Shown in pieces: positions 7,256 through 15,673 of a DNA stretch of 30,121 nucleotides. This stretch comes from a virus. Lineage: Duplodnaviria > Caudoviricetes. The position numbers and the translations under genes are program-made. A model generated the notes under the pieces. The model was not told the DNA's origin, did not search any database, and saw only the letters and a list, made by a program, of their open reading frames with translations. How positions within the stretch are numbered: position 1 is the first letter of the stretch; each line of letters begins with the position of its first letter. The stretch spans positions 1-30,121 of the IMG/VR virus record IMGVR_UViG_3300025732_000190; one strand, written 5' to 3'.

Positions 7256-9825
7256 GTAGCATTAGCTCCAGGCTCACCAAGATAATTTGTCTGCGTTGAC
7301 CCGACAGTTTCAAAAATAAATGAGTATTCAATTAGGTTTATGTAATTGTTGACAGGATAGCTTTTAATAGTCCAAGCAGTTTGGCCAGGATTGTAAAGCG
7401 CATATCCAAGTACAATTATTTGATTTGCATTTGAAGATAAAATCTTAAAGCTTGTTGTTGATCCATCATAGCAAAACCACGAGTTATAAAGATCGCTGGG
7501 GAAATCTATTCCTATAGAAATAGTAGTTGTTTTGCTATTGTTATCATAAACAGCTCCAGTTACTAAACCATAAGAGTCTGAATTGAATAATTTAACAAAT
7601 CCACTTTTTAAATGAATTTGCTTGTATTCACATCTTAATTGATTTTTAGGAAATCTTCTTGATTCATCGACAATCTTTTGACGACGACGCCACAGCCTTG
7701 GATCTCCATAAGAAATACCAGGAGCGCCCCATTTATAAAATGCAGGTACATAAATAATACGCATTTCTTGAAGAAGGTTGTTATCATCATTTTCGCTATA
7801 AGGCTGAACAGATAATCTCGCTGATACGTCAACTCTTGGCCTAGCTTTGATAATTGCTGTGTTTACCCATTTCCTTACTTCAGTCGTTCCGAAATCAATA
7901 ATAGGCCCTGCATAATTGAATAGTATGCTACGCTTAACAGGACTAACAGCAGAAGCACTGCTTGATGAGATATTCGTATCAATGACCACATCGTAAAGAG
8001 TGTCATTATCATACTTAAGCGTAAAACCTCTACCATCACCTTGCCAAACAATTCCATTAGCATACAACAAACTTGAAGGCTGAAATTGACCATATAAGTC
8101 CACCTGATCTGGTTCATTTTTAAATACTTTAATTGTTACAGATGCGCCGACTAATGGTTGTGGAGCTGCATTTAAAATGATTTGCGTTGGCAGTACATTT
8201 TTTACATACAGACTTCTATTGTCATAACCATCAATTTGAATCCAATCATTAACGGAAACTCCAGTTGTTGATGGAATAGAAATAGACGGATCTCCAAGAT
8301 ATGAACCAACAGTTCCAGGTGCAGTTAAGATTGGCCCCGAACTATTGTATCCAGAACTCCATCGAGTAAACTTATTGACCGGAACATACATTGAAAAGAT
8401 ACAATTATTTTCTGTATCAGTATCTAGCTCTGGGTCTCTGCATGACCAAAGAACTCGCTTATTTAAAGCATCGTATGTTCCGTAAATTCTTTTCTTTTGA
8501 GTCTGTGTTTGAATAAGTCTTGAATATGTTTCTTTGAAATCTTCGGCAGATAAAGAATAAATCTGATAGCCATCAGTATAATAGAATCCATCGCTACCAG
8601 CGAAATATAGACCTGTTAATGTAGGAACAACAGAAAGATTTCCTACACAACCAACTTTATCTGAAATCTTTCTTGGGATCATTCCACCACGACCAAGGCT
8701 GTCGTAGTTGTTGTCAATTCGATAAACGCTGTTTTCTCCAAATACAATTGGAACAGATTTGATTGATGAGATGGCTGTAATTGGTTCTTCTATGTCTGTA
8801 AAAAATGATGCAGGAACACTGTCAGGGTCTCCACGCTTTGATTGCCAAATCCTTTGAGTAAGAAAATCTCCATCTGCCCCAGTTGTTGATACTTCATAGC
8901 CATGCGCCCAATAAGTATAATCAGATGTAGAGTGAACATATTTACATTTTGGTGGTCTATCATTTTCAATTACGCCACCAGTTGTATAAAGAGTAACATT
9001 CGCAGCCGTTAATGTTGCATCAGTTACGTTATCTGAAAATGTCGTAGTTCCATTAGTTATTTGACCAACATAATATAAAACTGAACCGCCACCAGTTGTT
9101 CTATAAATTTGTACAATAATGTTTGATGTGTCGTAATGCTCACCAGAGCTATTTGATAAAACAGGTATGTTTCCAATGGCATGAGGAGTCACTGATGGAT
9201 CAGCAGAAAGAGATGTTACTTCTTTTAAATATGGCCTACTCAAATCTTCATAGGTTGTTGAACCTACTGTGTAGGTATATTTATAAACAAAAGCATAAAT
9301 AAAAGATGTTCCAGTTCCACCGCTGATTGTAATGCTAGAACCAGAAATGACAGGAAGCCCAGCAGTTCTTAGTCGCAAAACACCGCCGCTGTCTCTATAA
9401 ACTTTAACAGCTAATTGAAACGGTGACTCGTGAGTAATAAATGTATGCTCGTTCCATTCTGAATATGAACACGCAATAGAATCATCCATATTAGTAATGT
9501 CAAATGCACTAGCCGAACTAGGCCCAACAAGCTCTGTTCTTGTTGTTCCATTATCATAAAATAGTTTTTTGTCTGATTGTTTTAAAAGTGTGAATGACTT
9601 TCCAGTGCCAGTATATTGAGACATTACGAGTCCAACACGTTTATTTGTCGAAAGTCTTGCCCTAATACCAGAAGTGGTAAAATCATAAAGCAACCCTGGA
9701 CGACTTTCCAAATCGCGGTATTGGTTAATAACTAGGTTGTCTGCTTTTTCAAATTTATTTGTTTCAGCAGAAATTGGAAAGTCAGTCTGACCTCCATCAA
9801 AATCTTTAACACTTAAGATTGCCAT
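7252..9825 (-). CDS. Tail nozzle / tail tubular protein B-like (P22 gp10-like stabilisation protein), 857 aa
   Basis: Starts DFDGG...ADNLVI...LESRPG; beta-propeller-like repeats (RIWQSKRGDPDS, ITAISSI, ISDKVGCVG, GLYFAGSDGFY). Confidence 0.78.
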   Translation of the reverse strand: MAILSVKDFDGGQTDFPISAETNKFEKADNLVINQYRDLESRPGLLYDFTTSGIRARLSTNKRVGLVMSQYTGTGKSFTLLKQSDKKLFYDNGTTRTELVGPSSASAFDITNMDDSIACSYSEWNEHTFITHESPFQLAVKVYRDSGGVLRLRTAGLPVISGSSITISGGTGTSFIYAFVYKYTYTVGSTTYEDLSRPYLKEVTSLSADPSVTPHAIGNIPVLSNSSGEHYDTSNIIVQIYRTTGGGSVLYYVGQITNGTTTFSDNVTDATLTAANVTLYTTGGVIENDRPPKCKYVHSTSDYTYWAHGYEVSTTGADGDFLTQRIWQSKRGDPDSVPASFFTDIEEPITAISSIKSVPIVFGENSVYRIDNNYDSLGRGGMIPRKISDKVGCVGNLSVVPTLTGLYFAGSDGFYYTDGYQIYSLSAEDFKETYSRLIQTQTQKKRIYGTYDALNKRVLWSCRDPELDTDTENNCIFSMYVPVNKFTRWSSGYNSSGPILTAPGTVGSYLGDPSISIPSTTGVSVNDWIQIDGYDNRSLYVKNVLPTQIILNAAPQPLVGASVTIKVFKNEPDQVDLYGQFQPSSLLYANGIVWQGDGRGFTLKYDNDTLYDVVIDTNISSSSASAVSPVKRSILFNYAGPIIDFGTTEVRKWVNTAIIKARPRVDVSARLSVQPYSENDDNNLLQEMRIIYVPAFYKWGAPGISYGDPRLWRRRQKIVDESRRFPKNQLRCEYKQIHLKSGFVKLFNSDSYGLVTGAVYDNNSKTTTISIGIDFPSDLYNSWFCYDGSTTSFKILSSNANQIIVLGYALYNPGQTAWTIKSYPVNNYINLIEYSFIFETVGSTQTNYLGEPGANAT

Positions 9826-10022
9826 GAATCAATTTTCTCCTCAATCCGTTCGATTCTAACTTCATGAGTTTCAATTTTAGAAATGATGTGTGTAATTTGT
9901 AAATTTAAACTTTCAACTGATTTTCTCATCTCTCTAAATTCAAGAACAAACCACGCTGAAATTCCTGTTAATAGAAATCCACACACACTCAGCAATAAGT
10001 TAATAATTCCTTCACTTGGCAT
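9813..10022 (-). CDS. Single-TM plus coiled-coil membrane protein, holin-like (69 aa, start ATG 10022)
   Basis: IINLLLSVCGFLLTGISAWFVL hydrophobic segment then coiled coil ending HEVRIERIEEK, the XhlA/holin-like layout. Confidence 0.55.
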   Translation of the reverse strand: MPSEGIINLLLSVCGFLLTGISAWFVLEFREMRKSVESLNLQITHIISKIETHEVRIERIEEKIDSWQS

Positions 10023-10788
10023 AATATCTCTCACCATCCAAAACTTTCTCGAATAAATGAATAGGATGCTCTGGCTTAAAGTAGTTTCTATAATAATGAT
10101 AAATCCCACCTTGAGAATTAACCAGTGATTTAAACAAAATACGCACTATTTGATATGGTAAATATGTCCAGTGAGTAGTGGTGAATTTCTTTTTATACAC
10201 TTCATCAAGAGCATCAATAACAAGCCAGTTAATGTTTACTGTTGATGCAACATTGCCCTTAAACCATTTATAAGTATATTTTTTGACACCAGCGTTTAAA
10301 ATTCCAAGTAGCATCCAAATAAACTCAATAGGATATGGATTGTATCCAGCACATAATTTTATAAAGCAAATTGTTCCACCTTGAAGAGTGGTTCTAATTT
10401 CCTGCTTTTCAGGATCTTTTGAATGAAAGCTCCAGCCGTATTTATTACCACGGTCGCACATTTCGCGGGCGTGTACTGATTCAATAAGAACACTAATTGC
10501 TGCAATGGCTACTAAATTATCATGAGCCTCAAGAAGCTGACTGTCTGGACTTCTCCAATGAAGACCACGTATTTTTTGACCATCTTTTATTACTACACAA
10601 TTCTCAAGAGCAAAAAATGCGTTGTCAGTATCTCTCTTGTCTATAATCTCAGCCTTTTTAAATCTGTAAAGCATTTGAGCAAGCCAAAGAATTGGATTGT
10701 CAGAAGGCTTGTTTGGCTCAAGCCTACCCATTCCATATTCAGTCGTATAATCACGATAGAAAAGTTCTTTGGCCCAGATAGCGCTCAT
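10012..10788 (-). CDS. Hypothetical protein, 258 aa
   Basis: Long ORF, ATGA-coupled to the upstream lipoprotein; candidate conserved motifs GLHWRSP and HDN; aromatic-rich. Confidence 0.75.
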   Translation of the reverse strand: MSAIWAKELFYRDYTTEYGMGRLEPNKPSDNPILWLAQMLYRFKKAEIIDKRDTDNAFFALENCVVIKDGQKIRGLHWRSPDSQLLEAHDNLVAIAAISVLIESVHAREMCDRGNKYGWSFHSKDPEKQEIRTTLQGGTICFIKLCAGYNPYPIEFIWMLLGILNAGVKKYTYKWFKGNVASTVNINWLVIDALDEVYKKKFTTTHWTYLPYQIVRILFKSLVNSQGGIYHYYRNYFKPEHPIHLFEKVLDGERYYAK

Positions 10789-10901
10789 AGCTTTTTACAA
10801 GCGTAAACATCCTTCATGTCAGGGATTTCTTTGCATTGTTTTGCAAGAAAAGGTTTGGAAGCACAGCCGCTAAGAAGTAAAAGTGCAATTAGGTATTTCA
10901 T
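10785..10901 (-). CDS. Small lipoprotein, 38 aa (not in ORF track): MKYLIALLLLSGCASKPFLAKQCKEIPDMKDVYACKKL
   Basis: Hand translation; canonical signal II with lipobox LSGC; TAATG overlap upstream and ATGA overlap downstream exactly fill the gap. Confidence 0.85.
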   Translation of the reverse strand: MKYLIALLLLSGCASKPFLAKQCKEIPDMKDVYACKKL

Positions 10902-13684
10902 TAATATCCAATCCTTTCGATATTTAACCAAGTAAAGTTGTTATTGAGCATCGAGACGGCTGGAGCCCCTGAATCTCTGATAGTCGTAACATCTAAAGTG
11001 TCTCCGGCATTTAAATTTACGATGCAGCTTCCATTTCCAACGGCGCTTAATGCTGAAGCTACTTGATAAGAGAAAGTCGCCAAAACACATTTTACAACGC
11101 TGTTGATTCTTATCTGCAAATAAGCGTAAGTGTTAATTGACGCAGCAGTTCCCGATCCCGTGTTGAAGCTTGCGCTAATTCGGTACTTGCCACCGATAGG
11201 AATACTCGCGACCCCCGTGCTGGAATTGTAAAATCCGTGCGTATCAAAATCCCGAGTTCCAAAAATTGCAATTGCGTTGGTTGTTCCAAATGCCGTTGTG
11301 CAGTTAGTATACCTGCAAGCGACAAGTTCATTGGCCGCAATCGTTGCGGGGCCGGACAATTTTTTTACAGCAAATATATTGTAAACCCCCGAGCTAGAAA
11401 TATCGTAGTTCAAATTTCCGCCCGAGTTTTGATAAGCTTGACATCTTATTTTTTGCCCAGCATTTAAAAATGTCGTGTACGATACTAAAGGGGCTGTCGT
11501 ATTAATTGTTGCAGAGGTAACAATGTCGCAAGATTGCTGTACAGCTATTCCATCAATCAAAATTCTGGACGATCTCACCCCGACCGAACTAAATATCCAT
11601 CCAGCTTGAAATTGAATTTCATAGATTCCGCTAACTGGAACGGTATATTCGCCGCCGTTAGTTGCTGAATCAAAAGATCCATGTGTGTTTACAGTTGGGG
11701 TTCCCCAGAATCCTGCTGGCAAATTTTGAAAGCTACTACTTAGAGTGTGTGTGAATGTTCCAGTTCCAACGCTTTTAACTGAAAATGCCACTACACGAGT
11801 ATCAGTGTCAGAACTCATGACCGTGTTTGATGACCAGCCAACAATCGGCACTCTGGTAATATGAACGTGAACTTCATCACCAGCCCCGAATGTCATCGGA
11901 GCAGCTTGAGTAGTGTTAGCCAAAACATCTGTGCTTGTTAAATATGGCAATTCAAATTGAGTTGCCGAAATATATCTAACTCTTCCAATGTAAGTCGCAA
12001 CACCTGCATCAGTAATACTTACCTGTCCATTGACGTAGCTGTCTGTATCGCTATCAAGTTTTGCCGTGTCGATTGAAAAACCAGTCGGCATGTTTACCGC
12101 TAAGGTCGCGGTGGTTGGAGCACCACTCGTCGCAATCTTGTACCAAAGCTCCATTGAGTCACCGACGCGTCTATAAGCTCCAGTGTAAGTTGTGTTTGCT
12201 GTCCATGTTCCTGTTGGAGTGAATGATTGCCAATCAGAAATGGCAGCGCCGCTCAAAATCTTCTGAGGCCCAAGAGCGAAATCATCAAACTCCATTGTGA
12301 TAGATCCGCTTGCAGTATTAGCAGCGAACACAAACAAACGAAGCTGTGAGATTGATGCAGGCGTTTGGAATGTGAACGTGCAAAGACCTTGGCCGCTTGA
12401 TTGAACCAAGTTGTAAACACCCGCAGGCTGAATCCATGCCGAGTTCGTTACGTCATAAATATAAACGCAAAGTGTGTTGCTTGAAGTTCCAGAGAAGTTA
12501 GCGTTTGTAGCTCCTGCCGTTACTTCATAGTAAAAAGAACCTTGCAGAACTTTAGCCTGATCTTCGCGATCAATCGTCAAAACATCCGTGCAAAAGCCTT
12601 GGCCCTGCGCGATTGTTCCAACCATTTGTAGCGAATAAGTTCCAGCAAGCGGAGTCGTGCTTGTAACTGAAAGCGCAATTGATGCCGCAGCCGTTGCACT
12701 AACTGTCGGAGCACCACTTGGAGCACCGCTTGTCCATGTGACGGAAGCTTCGTTCCAGCCAGTTAGCGCGTTGTTCTCGAAGTTGTTATAAGTGATGTAG
12801 TTTTTGGCACCTTGTTGTAGCGATGTCCACTTGAGCTTGTTGCCCAAGCTCGTATCGACAACAAGAACTTGTCCATCAGTTCCAATTCCTTGGCGCACGT
12901 TATCGGTTCCATTGTACACAATGAAATCGCCCGCTGTTGTAGTCGGAGCCAAGGCGTCAAAGGCGTCTGTTTTAGTTGTTGCCCCAGTGCCGCCGTTTGC
13001 AATTGGAAGTGTTCCAGTTACTTCACTTGCTAAATTGACGTTGCTAGATGAAAGAGCAGTGCCGTTTGATTTTACAACGCCACTTGAAGGAACAACCGCT
13101 ACAGTTCCGCTTGAAGGAAATGTTGCAGTCGAGTTTACACCTGTACCGCCACGAGATGTTGCAAGCTGCGCTTCAGATGACATAACGCCCGAGCCATCGT
13201 TAATTACAACGTGGTTTAGCGTGCCAGAAGCAAGTTTGTTTCTTGCAATCGCAGCTCCGGATTTTATGTCAGCGTTTTCAATGTTTGTAATTGTGTTTGA
13301 ATCAGCGTCGATTGTTTTATTAGTGAGAGATTGGCTCCCAGCCTCAGTTACAATAACCCCTGACGCTGGAAACGTAGCGGTAGAGCTAATCCCAGTACCA
13401 CCGCGGGTCTTATCCAATTGAGCCTCAGAAGACATTGCTCCAGTGCCACTGTTAATTACAACATGGTCGGCGGTTCCAGAGGCAAGCTTTGTTCTTGCAA
13501 TAGCGGCAGCAGCATTGATGTCATCGTTATCAATAGAACCAGCGGCAAGTGCTCCGGCTGGAATGGCAACACCCTTACCTGGTGAATGGTCATGAGCATC
13601 CACAGAATCAAGAGAGTTTTTAATTTTATCAACATAATCTTCATCATTAAGAACCGGAGGATTCACACCAATAATGTTAGCCAT
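10901..13684 (-). CDS. Tail fibre / receptor-binding protein, 927 aa, with two C-terminal C1q/TNF-like domains
   Basis: N-terminal HDH motif, GTLPIANGGTG fibre motif, Ser/Thr/Gly-rich beta composition; C-terminal YTVPVSGIYEI..LNAGQKI and SIPIGGKYRI..LNAGDTL patterns. Confidence 0.8.
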   Translation of the reverse strand: MANIIGVNPPVLNDEDYVDKIKNSLDSVDAHDHSPGKGVAIPAGALAAGSIDNDDINAAAAIARTKLASGTADHVVINSGTGAMSSEAQLDKTRGGTGISSTATFPASGVIVTEAGSQSLTNKTIDADSNTITNIENADIKSGAAIARNKLASGTLNHVVINDGSGVMSSEAQLATSRGGTGVNSTATFPSSGTVAVVPSSGVVKSNGTALSSSNVNLASEVTGTLPIANGGTGATTKTDAFDALAPTTTAGDFIVYNGTDNVRQGIGTDGQVLVVDTSLGNKLKWTSLQQGAKNYITYNNFENNALTGWNEASVTWTSGAPSGAPTVSATAAASIALSVTSTTPLAGTYSLQMVGTIAQGQGFCTDVLTIDREDQAKVLQGSFYYEVTAGATNANFSGTSSNTLCVYIYDVTNSAWIQPAGVYNLVQSSGQGLCTFTFQTPASISQLRLFVFAANTASGSITMEFDDFALGPQKILSGAAISDWQSFTPTGTWTANTTYTGAYRRVGDSMELWYKIATSGAPTTATLAVNMPTGFSIDTAKLDSDTDSYVNGQVSITDAGVATYIGRVRYISATQFELPYLTSTDVLANTTQAAPMTFGAGDEVHVHITRVPIVGWSSNTVMSSDTDTRVVAFSVKSVGTGTFTHTLSSSFQNLPAGFWGTPTVNTHGSFDSATNGGEYTVPVSGIYEIQFQAGWIFSSVGVRSSRILIDGIAVQQSCDIVTSATINTTAPLVSYTTFLNAGQKIRCQAYQNSGGNLNYDISSSGVYNIFAVKKLSGPATIAANELVACRYTNCTTAFGTTNAIAIFGTRDFDTHGFYNSSTGVASIPIGGKYRISASFNTGSGTAASINTYAYLQIRINSVVKCVLATFSYQVASALSAVGNGSCIVNLNAGDTLDVTTIRDSGAPAVSMLNNNFTWLNIERIGY
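13106..13534 (-). repeat. Internal tandem duplication in tail fibre (two ~59-aa units, 84-aa period)
   Basis: IDNDDINAAAAIARTKLASGTADHVVINSGTGAMSSEAQLDKTRGGTGISSTATFPASG versus IENADIKSGAAIARNKLASGTLNHVVINDGSGVMSSEAQLATSRGGTGVNSTATFPSSG. Confidence 0.9.
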
Positions 13685-13958
13685 TTTCTTTGCACCTTCT
13701 TAAAGCTTGTTCAATTAGCTTATTCATGTCTTCTTTTGTCATACAACGAAATGAATCAAAAGATGGATGTGATGCCGGAAGAAACTCTTCGCAATTTAAA
13801 GATCCATCTTCACATCGAACATCACGGATGATGCCGATGTCTTTTGAGGAACCTTTCCAAAGTTTAGCTTCAATATCAGCTCTTGTTACGCACGATGCTG
13901 CCAGGAATACCAGAAGGCCCGCGAGCGTCAGAGTTGCCAAGCTTTTCTTCAACAACAC
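13677..13958 (-). CDS. Lipoprotein, putative o-spanin (Rz1-like), 93 aa, start GTG 13958
   Basis: AAGGAG SD before GTG; KK + hydrophobic stretch + LAASC; four further Cys; starts inside the preceding gene in another frame, downstream of the endolysin. Confidence 0.65.
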   Translation of the reverse strand: MLLKKSLATLTLAGLLVFLAASCVTRADIEAKLWKGSSKDIGIIRDVRCEDGSLNCEEFLPASHPSFDSFRCMTKEDMNKLIEQALRRCKENG

Positions 13959-14106
13959 CAGTCTCTCCTTGATTGTTTGCTTTTTTAGCATCAGCAATGC
14001 GTTGTTTGTTTCGCATTTCCAATACTGAATTCCAAATAGATTTAATTAACTCAGCTATCTTAGGAACGGATCTTAATACTTCAATAATTAAAGTAATGTA
14101 GTTCAT
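13876..14106 (-). CDS. Putative i-spanin-like/membrane-associated lysis protein, 76 aa
   Basis: Hydrophobic/amphipathic N-terminus, short coiled coil, overlapped by the lipoprotein gene; ATGA-coupled. Confidence 0.5.
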   Translation of the reverse strand: MNYITLIIEVLRSVPKIAELIKSIWNSVLEMRNKQRIADAKKANNQGETGVVEEKLGNSDARGPSGIPGSIVRNKS

Positions 14107-14399
14107 GCTTTTTGTTTTTTGAGAGCATCAAGCAATTCAGGCAATTCTTTTACAACAACCATTACAAGGTCAACTAATTCTACTAACTGAATATCTTTAA
14201 CCTCTTCAGGAACAGCTTGAATGTTTTTAAGTGCAGCTTCAATTTCAGCTTTTTTAACAGGATCACCAGCAAGCTTAACGTATCCATCAACAACATCTTG
14301 AAGTTGTGCCCCATCTTTAAGGACTTCGGCAGATACTTTAACAAGTTCAAGTATAGCTTTTAATACTTCTTTTGTTTCTTCAATTCCTTTTTGTTCCAT
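14103..14399 (-). CDS. Hypothetical amphipathic helical protein in lysis block, 98 aa (start ATG 14399)
   Basis: GGAGGG SD; lies between the endolysin and the spanin-like pair; no uninterrupted TM segment. Confidence 0.7.
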   Translation of the reverse strand: MEQKGIEETKEVLKAILELVKVSAEVLKDGAQLQDVVDGYVKLAGDPVKKAEIEAALKNIQAVPEEVKDIQLVELVDLVMVVVKELPELLDALKKQKA

Positions 14400-14400
14400 T

Positions 14401-14853
14401 TTACCCTCCAAGGTTTTCCATTACTTTATCAACATATTGCTGATTTCTAAATTCTTGTGTGCCTGTTTTATACAATGCACTACCGCCATTGTAAGCTGCT
14501 GCGACCTTTTCGTAAACTTTATACCTGTCTAAAAGATTCTTTAAAAATATACAGCTATAGTTAAGTGCTATTTCTGGAGAAATAAGCTCTGTAAGCATAT
14601 CATCAAAGCCAAGCTCACGAGCTTTTCCACCCATAATCTGAGTAAGACCCCATGAGAACTTTTGCAGCTCTGTCTCTGTTTTTTCTGTGATATGATTTTT
14701 TTCAGCGAATTTTTTAGGATTAACAAAGTATTTCCAATTAGGCTCATATCTTACTACAGATGGATTCCAGTTACTTTCTACCTTTACTATTGCGCAAACA
14801 AAATCCTCATCAAGGCCATGATCTTTAGCAATAGAAATTACTAAATCCTTCAT
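14401..14853 (-). CDS. Lytic transglycosylase (SLT family) endolysin, 150 aa
   Basis: AIVKVESNW (catalytic ES), SWGLTQIMG, AAAYNGG and YVDKV are SLT motifs. Confidence 0.92.
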   Translation of the reverse strand: MKDLVISIAKDHGLDEDFVCAIVKVESNWNPSVVRYEPNWKYFVNPKKFAEKNHITEKTETELQKFSWGLTQIMGGKARELGFDDMLTELISPEIALNYSCIFLKNLLDRYKVYEKVAAAYNGGSALYKTGTQEFRNQQYVDKVMENLGG

Positions 14854-15239
14854 TTAAGTTTAAACTTTTTAATTCGAGCCTTGTATTTATCAATTTTTTG
14901 TTGAGCTGCTTTATCTTCTTCGGTCATCAATTCAGGTTTAACTTTATCTTCTTCTTCGCCGTCCATTTCACCTTCAGCAGCATCTTCTTTAGCATCAGAC
15001 ATAGACTCTTCATCTTCCATTTCGCCTTCTGGCACTTCGTCTTTTTCTGCTATTTTTTTTGCTGCAACAGATTTTAGCTCTTTAATAGATTTAATAGCAT
15101 CAGAACCTTTTTCAAGTTCACCTTTAACAAGTGCCAAAAGCTTTTGATCTTTTTTAATATCTTCTGCTTTTAGCAATGTTTCAGCGGCATTTTTGACAGC
15201 CCAAGGGCCATATTTTGCATCTTCAATTTTGATTTCCAT
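14850..15239 (-). CDS. Hypothetical highly charged protein, 129 aa
   Basis: AGGAG SD; acidic tract EGEMEDEESMSDAKEDAAEGEMDGEEED and basic C-terminus. Confidence 0.75.
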   Translation of the reverse strand: MEIKIEDAKYGPWAVKNAAETLLKAEDIKKDQKLLALVKGELEKGSDAIKSIKELKSVAAKKIAEKDEVPEGEMEDEESMSDAKEDAAEGEMDGEEEDKVKPELMTEEDKAAQQKIDKYKARIKKFKLK

Positions 15240-15253
15240 TTTATTTGCTCCTA

Positions 15254-15673
15254 TTAGATATTATCGACTAAAACTACACCATCAGCAATAAGCTGTTCTT
15301 CTAGTTTTTTTGCCAATTCCCAGAGAGAAATGGTTCCAGCCAGTTCATGTCTATCAGCAAATCCCGACACTTTTTTAGCCCCACCTGTTAAAGGTCTTGG
15401 GCCAAAAACTTTCACTGGGTTTGGGTTATTCTTTTTATACAAATTAACAGATATCGTGCTGTTAACGTCATTAAACTCCATGACAACCGATGCCGTATAT
15501 TCAGTGTTGTCCTGAATCCACCGCGCAATGTTGCAATAGTCGCGGCCTGCAAAATCAAGTTTTTTACCAGTGTACCAGCCACGAGGGGCATCACATCCCA
15601 TAACGGGGCTTTTCCCATTTGTATGTTTTTTCAAAAGGTCATCGTCAGTTATTTTGTTAGGATCAAATGGCAT
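15254..15673 (-). CDS. Hypothetical protein, 139 aa
   Basis: ATG directly follows the upstream stop; no recognisable motif. Confidence 0.7.
   Translation of the reverse strand: MPFDPNKITDDDLLKKHTNGKSPVMGCDAPRGWYTGKKLDFAGRDYCNIARWIQDNTEYTASVVMEFNDVNSTISVNLYKKNNPNPVKVFGPRPLTGGAKKVSGFADRHELAGTISLWELAKKLEEQLIADGVVLVDNI

Noticed and set aside
12804-13421. 205-aa + strand ORF
   Set aside because: Antisense shadow of the Thr/Gly/Ala-rich tail fibre; no SD or motif.
10901-13684. Diversity-generating retroelement targeting the tail fibre
   Set aside because: No reverse transcriptase and no TR/VR pair differing at adenines seen in the window.
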